DNA of 64,000 bases from Candidatus Poribacteria bacterium (GTDB taxonomy: Bacteria > Poribacteria > WGA-4E > WGA-3G): contig JAJDWI010000013.1 in assembly GCA_022825665.1 (NCBI GenBank), forward strand, positions 668 through 64,667, read 5' to 3'. The notes beneath the pieces are model-generated. The model had not been told where the DNA came from. It was given only the letters and a program-made list of their open reading frames with translations, and did no database searches. The first letter of the stretch is position 1. Each line of letters begins with the position of its first letter. Shown piece after piece: positions 37,303 through 46,956 of this stretch. A program made the position numbers and the translations under genes.

Positions 37303-38343
37303 ATGGCAAAGGAATTGATTCAACTTGGTGTCGTGGGGTGTGGATGGGCAGGTTGCCGTGCTATCGAATCTGCGAATGCAACCTCCCGGCTGAAGGTTAT
37401 AGCAATTGCTGAGCGAGACGCATCCCGTCGGGAACAAGCAAGTAACGACAATGCAGTTCCACACCGTTATATCGACTATCGCGAACTCTTGGACAATGCT
37501 GATATTGATGCAGTCTATCTTGCAACATCTCCAGACGGTAGACTACAGCAAGTCTTAGATACGCTTAATGCGGGAAAACATGTATTAGTGCAAAAACCGC
37601 ATGCAATCCGTGCACATGAGATATTAGAGATGGAGATTGCAGCAAAGAAATCTGAGAAAACACTCCAATTCTGTTATTTTATGCGTCACTTCCCTCACAA
37701 CCGTCAAATTCGACGCGCTATCCAAAATGGTGCAATTGGCGACCCTTTTCACGCTCGCGTGTTCGGTAAATACAACTTCATTCCAACCCTTGACGATAAC
37801 AGTCGTTGGCTACATGTATATGGTCAAAAAGGAGGTTCCTTAGGTCAACACTATTCCCACGAACTGAACCTTACTTGGTGGTGGATGGGATGTCCGAAGC
37901 CTGAGTGGGCTTATGCCTCGAAACATGTGCTTTATCCGCAATATGAAGGACCGGAAGGTGCAGCAGAAGACTATTTCACAGGGCTTCTCGGATGTGAAGG
38001 TGGAAAAACTATACAGATTGACTGCTCACGGATGAGTCACTCCGACTCTGGTAGTGTTGTGGAACTTTACGGCACAACAGGAGCAATTACAAACGGTGGA
38101 ATATCTCGTTTCAAGGATGGCGAATTTATCCGAGAAACTATTGAAGAACCATCTGAAATTGACCATGGGGAACTCCCTGAGGATGTACCGGTATTCTTCT
38201 ACGAACTCAACCATTTCGCCATGGCAATCGCTGGAGAAGTCGACCCAGATGTTGACGTTTCCAACGCTTATACCTTCATGCAGATTTTAGATGCTCTCTA
38301 CGATAGTGCGAAACGTGGAGAGAAAGTCGACATCTCCTTGTAG
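37303..38343 (+). CDS. Gfo/Idh/MocA-family oxidoreductase
   Basis: The ATG at 37303 follows AAGGAG. The Rossmann motif is LGVVGCGWAG, with VQKP in place of the EKP motif. The track ORF start 37096 overlaps the upstream gene. Confidence 0.85.
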   Translation: MAKELIQLGVVGCGWAGCRAIESANATSRLKVIAIAERDASRREQASNDNAVPHRYIDYRELLDNADIDAVYLATSPDGRLQQVLDTLNAGKHVLVQKPHAIRAHEILEMEIAAKKSEKTLQFCYFMRHFPHNRQIRRAIQNGAIGDPFHARVFGKYNFIPTLDDNSRWLHVYGQKGGSLGQHYSHELNLTWWWMGCPKPEWAYASKHVLYPQYEGPEGAAEDYFTGLLGCEGGKTIQIDCSRMSHSDSGSVVELYGTTGAITNGGISRFKDGEFIRETIEEPSEIDHGELPEDVPVFFYELNHFAMAIAGEVDPDVDVSNAYTFMQILDALYDSAKRGEKVDISL

Positions 38344-38398
38344 ACGCAATTTAGCATCGCACTTATTTTATTCAAAAGGATCTATTAGAGTTTTGTAA

Positions 38399-39265
38399 TC
38401 ATTGAGGAGATGAATTAGGCAAAGATGTAATTGGAAAAATGCCGTTCTGCAGAAGATCGTCATGGATTATCCTATAGCATTTATCCAAAAATTTGATTGT
38501 TTGGTTATAAACATTCTGGCAAAAAGTAATCATTTCAGTCTCGGCAGGATCTGTGTTGGTGTGAAAGAAAGAATTTCGGAAATACAATTTGGTGACTGCC
38601 GGAGAACCTGTTAAGGCAATTGAAGATGAGGAAATCATCACGCCATCTATATCATCATGTACCAACTGATGTCTAATTTCCCTCGCGATATTGAATGTGG
38701 AACCCTTTTTATCAGGTTTCCCGTTCTGATCTATCGCGTGAAAGACGCGTAAATGGCGAATCAAATTTCCATTCGGAAATTTGTTGTCCAATGCTTTACG
38801 AATATAAGATGGTCGATCATCCGAAGGTTTTAAATCGTAAACGATGTTAATGATTTTCGCAATACAGTCCTCTAAACTAACGAGATTTGAAAAGAAACCG
38901 CCCAAAACAATGAAAACAACCAACGCGGAGTTTTCAGGCAACATGTCAGAGTTGTTGTTCAACAAGTTGATTTCAACATGGAAATCGTTGTCTGTAAAGT
39001 TGACAAAAGACTTTGATACAAATGACCATTCTAATTCTGCTGGAGAAACAACTTGGAGTCCCAAATAAAAATCGGATTCCATGTTTTGAATTGCGTTAAA
39101 GTAAAACTTTGCCGCGTTGATTCGTTGTCTGGTTATTCGAACAAGTTCTATAATGCTTAATTCAGCCTCTTGAGCAGCTACCTCTACCAAGTCCTGCGTT
39201 TTCCGGTTTGTAGCAAGTTCATCAATTTTCTGAAGGAGACTGGCTTCATACGTTAAGTTTACCAT
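38399..39265 (-). CDS. HEPN-like protein (candidate RNase effector or partner of the STAND protein)
   Basis: 288 aa, largely helical. The candidate HEPN motif R198-x4-H203 sits in FNIAREIRHQLVHDD (38657..38674). Its start overlaps the upstream stop (gaATGgTAAac), which indicates translational coupling. Confidence 0.45.
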   Translation of the reverse strand: MVNLTYEASLLQKIDELATNRKTQDLVEVAAQEAELSIIELVRITRQRINAAKFYFNAIQNMESDFYLGLQVVSPAELEWSFVSKSFVNFTDNDFHVEINLLNNNSDMLPENSALVVFIVLGGFFSNLVSLEDCIAKIINIVYDLKPSDDRPSYIRKALDNKFPNGNLIRHLRVFHAIDQNGKPDKKGSTFNIAREIRHQLVHDDIDGVMISSSSIALTGSPAVTKLYFRNSFFHTNTDPAETEMITFCQNVYNQTIKFLDKCYRIIHDDLLQNGIFPITSLPNSSPQ

Positions 39266-42200
39266 TCTTCCCCTTCAAGAAATTCTTCATCTTCCTGGGC
39301 AAGCCATTCAATTTCCTGTTGTGTCATGTCTATCAGACTTGCAGCAAACTCTACAACAATCTGTGAATTGGTTCTATTTTGCCATGTTTTGAGGTCCTCA
39401 ATGCGTCTCACAAGATGTGATGCTGGTTTCCCGACGGTTCTCGCTGAAACCCCTGAAGAAAGTGCAACGGTGATTCCACCTTGTGCTTTTTTGTCCCCAT
39501 TGCTTTTAATGAGAACCGACTCTGCAAGAAAATAAAAGACTGCATCTGTCTCAAAACCTCTCATTAGATAGGCAGCCCCTCTCATCATTTCTAAATTTCC
39601 TGAGTTAATCCATTCCTCAAGGAGTTTCTGCATTGGCGCGTTAATTTTAATCCCATCACTGTGAGGATCATCTCCACTAATCATAGATACAAGTAATATA
39701 GGTGCTTCAAATCTAAGGAGGTTTGAGGACGTAAGAACCCAGTCTCTGACTCGTCTCAAAGCCTCCATAGCGTTCTTATCACTCCAATCAACATCCTTAA
39801 ACAAATAGTGTGGACGATGTGGTACAGCGTCAAACTTCAACAATTCTAATGGACGGTCCGAAAATGAATCGTAACGGTTAGATTCATCCTCTTTGTAAGT
39901 AATTCGTTCCTCAAAAAACTCAATAACCCATATAGGATCGTGCTTGAAAATTGCCTGAAGGGCTTTTTCAGAGTCATAATCAAGGCGTTCTAAACGAACA
40001 CAATTAAGCATCACTTGCTTGTATTTTTCCAAGTGATTTTTTGAAGAGAATTTAAGATCTTTACTTGTGATCGCGTGGATGACTTGTCTCATAACCACCG
40101 GTGATTCATCACTTGATAGTCTTACTAAAATCTTAAGAACAGTGTCTGCATCCACAACATAGAAATTCGGGAGACTTTCGGTTATATACAGTCGCAATTG
40201 CGGGTCTGACGTTTTAGACAATAGGTCTAAAATTGACAGGTCTTCTTTTCCAAAGGATGGGTCAGTTTTACTTTTCCACAAGTAACTTCTTGCAACAATA
40301 CGTTTGGCAAAGATGATGTTCTGATCTAAAAGTCGTTGAGTTGCTTCGCTTGCTTTATCTTTGTCAGAACAGCGAATACCATTGAGTAATCCAGAGGCAC
40401 AATGCGATTCCTCTGTTTGCCAAGCAATAATGTAATCTAATAGACAAACCCCATACGAATGGTCAAGTTTACCGATAGATTGAAGCAGTAATGTTGCAGT
40501 TCCAGGATTCCACCCCTTTTCTGCCCAAATACTGTCTCCAGTACTACGGTACTCCTTCCCTGTTTCAACAACCATTATACATTCTTGCATTAATTTCGAG
40601 AGTTCCGCGGGTTTGTATTTCTTGAGGTATTTTTTCAAGAACGCCTGGGTTTGCTCAAGACTTTCACTCAGATCCCAATCACGGAATTTCCCAGTGAATT
40701 GACGGTAGAATAGGTATCTTTCATAATTTTCACGTTTGTGGAATTTCTCAAGTAATTCCGTTGCCTTCTCTTTTGGAAAATCGTCTAAATACATATTTTC
40801 TGTATATCCTTGGAGACACTGATCTATTGCATTTAGAACGGTGAAATCGGTTTCTCTTGAGATTTGCTCAGCTAATATGTTGAAGAGTCGTTCCTGTTCT
40901 TTTTGTAATTGAACCTGATCCTCTTCTGCGATTCCCTGCCGAAATGGACTCTCTAAAGGATTTATCGCTCGACTAATAGATCCTATCGCCTTTGTTCTGA
41001 TGATACTATGTTGAGACTTTCTCAAACAAAACTCAATTAGGTCAATCGCCTTCGTTCTGAGTTCGATCAATTCAGGTGTATATTTCAAATGGTGCCAACC
41101 AAACTTCAAAGAACCGCCTTCGCTAAAGGTTTCACTAAAATCCAGCACAAGAAGAGTGTCAAGTGCATTGAGTAGTGCCAAACTTAGTTCAGGCTTATCC
41201 TCTGTTTTCCACACCTCAAACCCTTCAAGCACCTTGGTTTGAAATACGCTGGGTTTACTTGTATGGAAACCTGTCATCCTTTTCAACAATTCTTGCGGCG
41301 AGTCGTTATTAGGAAGTTCCAAACCTTCCATCAGCAGAAGTTTCCGAACTATTTCAAGTGTCTTTATGAATCCAGAGAGTGTATTGACTGTCTTCTGTGC
41401 TTCTTTAGCAACCTGCTGTACTACATCTTGGTGGGTCCGTGTAGATGTCCACCCTGCATATTGCTTTACATAGTCTTCTTTAGGATTATCTAAGATAATA
41501 TTGAAAATATCAGTTGCATCATCTGGACGAAAATAACTAATACCTTCCATTTGTTCCAAAATATGCTCTCTAACGGCATTATCGCCTTCCCGTACTTGGA
41601 TTTTAGTAGAAGCGACATGATCATCAAGGAGACTCCTTTGACCAACTATGTTTTCTACACGAGCCAGATTGACAATTACCTTGACAGGGTGAATTGGCAA
41701 AAATTCCTTCAAGAGAGTTTTGTGATAAAAAGACGGTCTCTTGTCATTGGACAAAAAGCATGCTTTCCGTAAAATATAGTCGCTGAGTGCATCAGGATAG
41801 ACACGTTGTTTTCGCCCAATTTGGACAAGCAAACCGTATTTTATTAGATCATCGCGATACTGCTCTATCTCATAGGGCTCCACTTTTAAGATTTCAGCCA
41901 ATTTTTCGCATATTTGGCTGTTTTCAGCTTCAATCGGCTCAATCCCACTAAACCAATCCAGCAATTTACGGTGCTGCTTTTCGGATTCTGGTAGATATTT
42001 GCTGAAAATGTCATTTAGATAAGCATCAAAGGTGAGTTCAATCCGTTTATCATGTGTAATTAAGTTGCTCAGATGAATGCCTTCCTTAAAGAGATGTATC
42101 ACCATAACGGCGATCAGCGGAGTATCTCGTCCAATCTGTGCTAACTCTGCCAATAAAGATCCGTCGGAAATATCTGTATATGTGCTGATAAATTCCTTCG

Positions 42201-43188
42201 TTTTTTCCAGAGAAATTTTTCTAATTTCAAGTTCATCAGTTGCATCATCAGGTAATGTAGTAAGAAAACAACTATCCAAAAACGCTTTGAATGGCTTCCG
42301 TGTTATAAGGACTGCTTTGGATTCACTGTATTCGGAACTATTTAGAAGTATTCTAATACCTCCAAGGTTATCAAGCCTGTCATGTGCGTTATCTACAAAA
42401 AAGATGTAGTTACGATGGGGAGGAATATCTGCAAGGGCATTTTCAAAACTGTCATCAGCCATCTGAACAAAGAGTGGCACATAATCAGTGTAGTCACGTT
42501 CAACTGTCTTTGCAAAATCAATAGCAAGTTTGGTTTTTCCAATCCCTCCACTACCGTACATTGTGAGTAGTCTTTTTTCTGGGTTTTGAACAAAGGCTTG
42601 AAATCGACTAATCTCATCCTCACGTCCGAAAGTTTCATAGTCATATCGTAAAAGGTGATGTTTATCTGCAATTTGATTTCGGAACATATCCTGCCAACAA
42701 AGGAATACAGGTAGATGAGGATCTCGGAATGAATTTAATAGGTATGGAAACTCGTCGGTCATTGAAATAAGATCTTCAGCATCCCAACAGGTTAACGTAA
42801 AGGTATACCCTCTCTCATTTTTAATGTCCTCAATTTTACGCTTGTTTCCTGCAGTAAGCAAAGTGTTAGTCATGAGAACGTAGTGGTCGCATTGCTGGGC
42901 ATCCGCTTTGTCAAGTTCCCCCTTTTGACGTTTTCCGCCCTTCATCTTTGAAATGAGTTGACTGCGGACACGCCCTTTATCCATGGTTGGATCAAAGAAT
43001 TTGTACTGGAATATCCAAGTGCCGTCCTTTTCCTTATAATATCCGTTATAGTCCGCGTCAATTCCACCATCGCGTCCTTGTGCATCGTAAACCTTTACAA
43101 AGGGGGACACCTCTTTCTTCAGAAACAAGTTGCAAAATCTGTCAAAACTTTCTTCTGATTGTATATAGTCTGATAATACTTTTTTCAT
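39259..43188 (-). CDS. Mrr-like (PD-(D/E)xK) nuclease + STAND P-loop NTPase + long helical-repeat C-terminal region (Avs-like architecture)
   Basis: 1309 aa. The N-terminal GRDGGIDADY..(16 aa)..WIFQYKFF matches the Mrr_cat D..D..QxK pattern. Walker A is YGSGGIGKTKLA (aa 211-222) and Walker B is YIFFVDNAHD (aa 261-270). About 900 C-terminal residues are helical-repeat-like. Confidence 0.7.
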   Translation of the reverse strand: MKKVLSDYIQSEESFDRFCNLFLKKEVSPFVKVYDAQGRDGGIDADYNGYYKEKDGTWIFQYKFFDPTMDKGRVRSQLISKMKGGKRQKGELDKADAQQCDHYVLMTNTLLTAGNKRKIEDIKNERGYTFTLTCWDAEDLISMTDEFPYLLNSFRDPHLPVFLCWQDMFRNQIADKHHLLRYDYETFGREDEISRFQAFVQNPEKRLLTMYGSGGIGKTKLAIDFAKTVERDYTDYVPLFVQMADDSFENALADIPPHRNYIFFVDNAHDRLDNLGGIRILLNSSEYSESKAVLITRKPFKAFLDSCFLTTLPDDATDELEIRKISLEKTKEFISTYTDISDGSLLAELAQIGRDTPLIAVMVIHLFKEGIHLSNLITHDKRIELTFDAYLNDIFSKYLPESEKQHRKLLDWFSGIEPIEAENSQICEKLAEILKVEPYEIEQYRDDLIKYGLLVQIGRKQRVYPDALSDYILRKACFLSNDKRPSFYHKTLLKEFLPIHPVKVIVNLARVENIVGQRSLLDDHVASTKIQVREGDNAVREHILEQMEGISYFRPDDATDIFNIILDNPKEDYVKQYAGWTSTRTHQDVVQQVAKEAQKTVNTLSGFIKTLEIVRKLLLMEGLELPNNDSPQELLKRMTGFHTSKPSVFQTKVLEGFEVWKTEDKPELSLALLNALDTLLVLDFSETFSEGGSLKFGWHHLKYTPELIELRTKAIDLIEFCLRKSQHSIIRTKAIGSISRAINPLESPFRQGIAEEDQVQLQKEQERLFNILAEQISRETDFTVLNAIDQCLQGYTENMYLDDFPKEKATELLEKFHKRENYERYLFYRQFTGKFRDWDLSESLEQTQAFLKKYLKKYKPAELSKLMQECIMVVETGKEYRSTGDSIWAEKGWNPGTATLLLQSIGKLDHSYGVCLLDYIIAWQTEESHCASGLLNGIRCSDKDKASEATQRLLDQNIIFAKRIVARSYLWKSKTDPSFGKEDLSILDLLSKTSDPQLRLYITESLPNFYVVDADTVLKILVRLSSDESPVVMRQVIHAITSKDLKFSSKNHLEKYKQVMLNCVRLERLDYDSEKALQAIFKHDPIWVIEFFEERITYKEDESNRYDSFSDRPLELLKFDAVPHRPHYLFKDVDWSDKNAMEALRRVRDWVLTSSNLLRFEAPILLVSMISGDDPHSDGIKINAPMQKLLEEWINSGNLEMMRGAAYLMRGFETDAVFYFLAESVLIKSNGDKKAQGGITVALSSGVSARTVGKPASHLVRRIEDLKTWQNRTNSQIVVEFAASLIDMTQQEIEWLAQEDEEFLEGEEW

Positions 43189-43356
43189 CGCATCTTACCT
43201 TCAATACCAGTGGATATTATACGGAGGAACATTTCTACTTTTGCGCAAATGGCATGTAGTGACTACAGAATTTCATATCACATATTAGCATATTTCAGGA
43301 CTGAAGTCAAATTGTATTAACTCATTCTCTAATCAAGTTTCAACATTTAAATATAT

Positions 43357-43385
43357 TTGACAAAATCATTCCTATCTGATAATCT
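43357..43385 (+). promoter_or_regulatory. Candidate sigma70 promoter for the triplicated oxidoreductase genes
   Basis: TTGACA, 17 nt, then TAATCT, about 38 nt upstream of the ATG at 43423. Confidence 0.3.
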
Positions 43386-43422
43386 AATACCAAATTTTAC
43401 ATATCCTTCTCAGGAGAATTAG

Positions 43423-44460
43423 ATGTATAAAAGTGCGATATTAGGGTGTGGTGGACGCGCCCGCGGGCATGCAAATGCCTATCGCTATGTTAAAGGTGGT
43501 AAACTCGCGGCAATATGTGATATGAATGAAGAACGTCTCAATGATTTCGGTGATAGATTTGAAATCTCTTCACGTTATACAGATTTGGATGAGATGCTTG
43601 AAAAAGAGAAACCTGATTTACTTCATATTGTGACTGCCCCAACTTTACGCGGCTCCAATCAGCGCATTAGGTATTCACTGATGAAGCAAGCATCTGATTG
43701 TGGGGTTCCTGCAGCAATTGTAGAGAAACCAATTGCTGTGGATAGCGATGACTGGAAACAAATCGCTGGGTTAGCAGCAGAAACAAAGACCAAGTTTGTT
43801 GTCAACACACAACTCAACTTCCATCCAAAAAACATTGAATTGAAGCGAGATGTAGCTGACGGTAAAATCGGTGAGATAAAGTTTATTGATGCAAGTGCAA
43901 GAAGCACCTCAGCCAATCAGGGACCTCATGTGCTTCAATTAGTTTCGTCGTATATAGACAATTCTCGACCCGTACGGGTGTTAGGTCAAATAGCAGGGAA
44001 TAAGAATTTGGACTCTGCAGAACCTTCACCGATGGACGCTGCTGCACAGGTTATATATGAAAATGGACTTCATGCTTCAGTGGCATTTGGTGAGGGTATG
44101 GGAGCTAAAGCATCTAATGCCCCAGCCAGATTTCGTCATAAACGCGTATTTGTCGTTGGGACAGAAGGTTTCGTACATTGGCGTTTTAGTAGTTGGGAAC
44201 GTTCTACACGAACTGGTGGCTACGAAGGTGGAGGACTCAACTATGGTGATCAGGATGTTCAAGCACAAGGCAATCTAACTGAAGCAGTTTATGATTGGCT
44301 TGATAATGAGAAAAATATCCATCCGACACATTTAAAGCAATCCCTTGCTGAATTTAATCTGATATTAGGTATTTATCAAAGTGGTATTACGAACCAGATA
44401 ATTGATCTTCCATTTGACCCTCCAGATGGATTAATTGATTCCCTAAAAGAAAATCTATAG
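43423..44460 (+). CDS. Gfo/Idh/MocA-like oxidoreductase, tandem paralogue 1 of 3
   Basis: 345 aa. The N-terminus is AILGCGGRARGHANAY, with an EKP motif (IVEKPIAV). A GGAG RBS lies upstream. Confidence 0.85.
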   Translation: MYKSAILGCGGRARGHANAYRYVKGGKLAAICDMNEERLNDFGDRFEISSRYTDLDEMLEKEKPDLLHIVTAPTLRGSNQRIRYSLMKQASDCGVPAAIVEKPIAVDSDDWKQIAGLAAETKTKFVVNTQLNFHPKNIELKRDVADGKIGEIKFIDASARSTSANQGPHVLQLVSSYIDNSRPVRVLGQIAGNKNLDSAEPSPMDAAAQVIYENGLHASVAFGEGMGAKASNAPARFRHKRVFVVGTEGFVHWRFSSWERSTRTGGYEGGGLNYGDQDVQAQGNLTEAVYDWLDNEKNIHPTHLKQSLAEFNLILGIYQSGITNQIIDLPFDPPDGLIDSLKENL

Positions 44461-44471
44461 GAGATAATTAC

Positions 44472-45509
44472 ATGTTTAAAAGTGCGATATTAGGATGTGG
44501 TGGACGCGCAGGCGGACACGCAAGTGCCTATCGCTTCGTAAAAAGTGGAAAACTCGCTGCAATCTGTGATATGAGCGAGGAACGTCTCAACAATTTCGGT
44601 GATAGATTTGAAATCTCTTCACGTTACACAGATTTGGATGAGATGCTTGAAAAAGAGAAACCTGATCTACTACACATTGTTACCGCACCAGTCTTACGCG
44701 GTTCCAATGAGCGTATTCGGTATTCATTGATGAAACAAGCATCTGACCACGGTGTGCCTGCGGCAATTGTAGAGAAACCGATTACTGTTGAAAGCTCAGA
44801 ATGGAAACAGATCGCTGGTTTAGCAGAAGAAACTAAAACAAAGTTTATTGTCAATACACAACTCAACTTCCATCCAAAAAATCTTGAACTTAAGCGTGAC
44901 GTTGCTGATGGTAAGATTGGTGAGATTAAGTTTATTGATGCAAGTGCAAGAAGCACACCTGTAGACCAAGGACCACATGTGCTCCAATTAGTTTCATCCT
45001 ATATAGATAATTCTCGTCCGGTAAGGGTGTTAGGTCAAATTTCTGGAAGAGATCATTTGGAATCTGCCCAACCATCACCAATGCATGCTGCTGCACATGT
45101 GATGTACGAAAATGGGCTTCACGTATCTGTTGCATTTGGTCAGGGGGTCGGTACAATGGCATCTGATGATCAGGGAATATATTGCCACAAACGTGTATTT
45201 GTCGTTGGAACGGAGGGATTTGTACATTGGCGTTTTAGTAGTTGGGAACGCGCTACACGAGCTGGTGGCTACGAAGGTGGACCACTTAACTATGGTGAGC
45301 AGGATGTTGAAGCACAAGGAAACCTAACAGAAGCAGCCTTTGCATGGCTTGATGATGAAAACAAACAACATCCGACACATCTTAAGCAATCCCTTGCTGA
45401 GTTTAATCTGCTATTAGGAATCTATCAAAGCGGTATTACGAACCAGATAATTGATCTTCCATTTGATCCACCGGACGGTTTAATGGATTCACTCAGAGCA
45501 AAGTTGTAA
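44472..45509 (+). CDS. Gfo/Idh/MocA-like oxidoreductase, tandem paralogue 2 of 3
   Basis: 345 aa, collinear with and highly similar to 43423..44460. The intergenic gap is 11 nt and contains GGAG. Confidence 0.85.
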   Translation: MFKSAILGCGGRAGGHASAYRFVKSGKLAAICDMSEERLNNFGDRFEISSRYTDLDEMLEKEKPDLLHIVTAPVLRGSNERIRYSLMKQASDHGVPAAIVEKPITVESSEWKQIAGLAEETKTKFIVNTQLNFHPKNLELKRDVADGKIGEIKFIDASARSTPVDQGPHVLQLVSSYIDNSRPVRVLGQISGRDHLESAQPSPMHAAAHVMYENGLHVSVAFGQGVGTMASDDQGIYCHKRVFVVGTEGFVHWRFSSWERATRAGGYEGGPLNYGEQDVEAQGNLTEAAFAWLDDENKQHPTHLKQSLAEFNLLLGIYQSGITNQIIDLPFDPPDGLMDSLRAKL

Positions 45510-45540
45510 TTAAAAGATGATATTTCCACAAGATTGTCTT

Positions 45541-45571
45541 AGCGGTAGCAGCGGTTTTCGCCACTACCGCT
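45541..45571 (+). repeat. Hairpin (agcggtag..ctaccgct) between paralogues 2 and 3
   Basis: An 8-bp perfect stem containing GGTAG. It could be a REP-like element or a weak terminator. Confidence 0.35.
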
Positions 45572-45639
45572 AATTATTATCCTCCGTGAATATACACATG
45601 AGTGTTTCGCGGATTAACAAAGTTTAAGGAGGAATAACC

Positions 45640-46677
45640 ATGTATAAGAGTGCATTTTTAGGTTGTGGGGGTCGTGCGCGGGCACATGCAAGCGCATATA
45701 GATTTGTTAAAGGCGGTAAAATTGGTGCAATCTGTGATATGAACGAAGATTTACTCAATAAGTTTGGCGATGACTTTGATGTATCTTCGCGTTACACAGA
45801 TTTAGATGAAATGCTTGAAAAAGAGAAACCCGATCTTCTCCACATTGTCACTGCGCCAGTATTGCGTGGGACAAATACTCGTATCCGTTATCCATTGATG
45901 AAGCAAGCATCTGACCACGGTGTGCCAGCGGCGATTGTTGAAAAACCGATTGCTGTTGAAAGTGAAGACTGGAAGGAGATTGCTGGATTGGCGGAAGAAA
46001 CAAATACGAAGTTTATTGTCAATACACAACTCAACTTCCATCCAAAAAACCTTGAACTTAAGCAAGATGTAGCAGACGGTAAAATTGGTGAGATCAAATT
46101 CATTGATGCAAGTGCACGTAGCACACCAGTTGATCAAGCACCTCATGTATTGCAGCTGGTATCGTCTTATATTGATAACTCCCGTCCTACCCGTGTGTTA
46201 GGTCAAATATCTGGTAAGGAACAATTAGATTCAGCCCAACCATCTCCAATGCACGCTGCTGCTCAAGCAATATATGATAACGGATTACATGTTTCACTCG
46301 CTTTTGGAACAGGTATGGGAACTTTAGCATCAGAGTCTGGAGGAACAGTAACACATAAACGCGTTTTTGTTGTAGGTACAAAAGGCTTCGTACACTGGCG
46401 GTTTAGTAGTTGGGAACGTTCCACACATGAAAGTGGTTATGAGGGCGGTCCACTAAACTATGGTGAACAGGATATCCAAGCACAAGGCAACCTTACTGAA
46501 GCAGCCTTTGATTGGCTTGATGATGAAAACAATGTTCATCCAACACACCTAAAGCAATCTCTTGCAGAGTTTAATCTACTTTTAGGAATATACTATAGTG
46601 GTATAACCAATCAGATCATTGACCTGCCTTTTGATCCACCTGATGGATTGATGGATTCTCTCAGAGAGAAATTGTAA
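45640..46677 (+). CDS. Gfo/Idh/MocA-like oxidoreductase, tandem paralogue 3 of 3
   Basis: 345 aa, collinear with the two upstream copies. An AAGGAGG RBS lies upstream. Confidence 0.85.
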   Translation: MYKSAFLGCGGRARAHASAYRFVKGGKIGAICDMNEDLLNKFGDDFDVSSRYTDLDEMLEKEKPDLLHIVTAPVLRGTNTRIRYPLMKQASDHGVPAAIVEKPIAVESEDWKEIAGLAEETNTKFIVNTQLNFHPKNLELKQDVADGKIGEIKFIDASARSTPVDQAPHVLQLVSSYIDNSRPTRVLGQISGKEQLDSAQPSPMHAAAQAIYDNGLHVSLAFGTGMGTLASESGGTVTHKRVFVVGTKGFVHWRFSSWERSTHESGYEGGPLNYGEQDIQAQGNLTEAAFDWLDDENNVHPTHLKQSLAEFNLLLGIYYSGITNQIIDLPFDPPDGLMDSLREKL

Positions 46678-46693
46678 TCTGATAAATTAATAT

Positions 46694-46718
46694 GGAGGTA
46701 GGCATGAGGTCTACCTCC
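46694..46718 (+). terminator. Hairpin after the paralogue array (weak terminator or REP-like)
   Basis: ggaggtag-gcatgaggt-ctacctcc, an 8-bp stem with no clear T tract. Confidence 0.3.
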
Positions 46719-46769
46719 ACTATATCTGTTCCTACATTATGGTAAAATTCGTAATTCCTTGGACACTTT

Positions 46770-46795
46770 GGTAGGTTCGGTTTCCTAACCGAACC
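46770..46795 (+). repeat. REP-like GTAG + hairpin (class A)
   Basis: gGTAGgttcggtttcctaaccgaacc. Confidence 0.65.
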
Positions 46796-46862
46796 TGTGT
46801 AAAGAGTGCGGTTAGATGAAGATTAATTTATTCTTTCGGTAATATTAATCTCCCCAAAACTT

Positions 46863-46897
46863 GTAGGCGCGCTTTGTAAGCGCGCTGGACTTCAATA
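46863..46897 (+). repeat. REP-like GTAG + hairpin (class D), direct copy 1
   Basis: GTAGgcgcgctttgtaagcgcgctggacttcaata, identical to 46922..46956. Confidence 0.75.
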
Positions 46898-46921
46898 ATA
46901 AACAGGACTTACGCAAAAGTG

Positions 46922-46956
46922 GTAGGCGCGCTTTGTAAGCGCGCTGGACTTCAATA
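46922..46956 (+). repeat. REP-like GTAG + hairpin (class D), direct copy 2
   Basis: Identical 35-mer, 59 nt downstream of copy 1. Confidence 0.75.
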
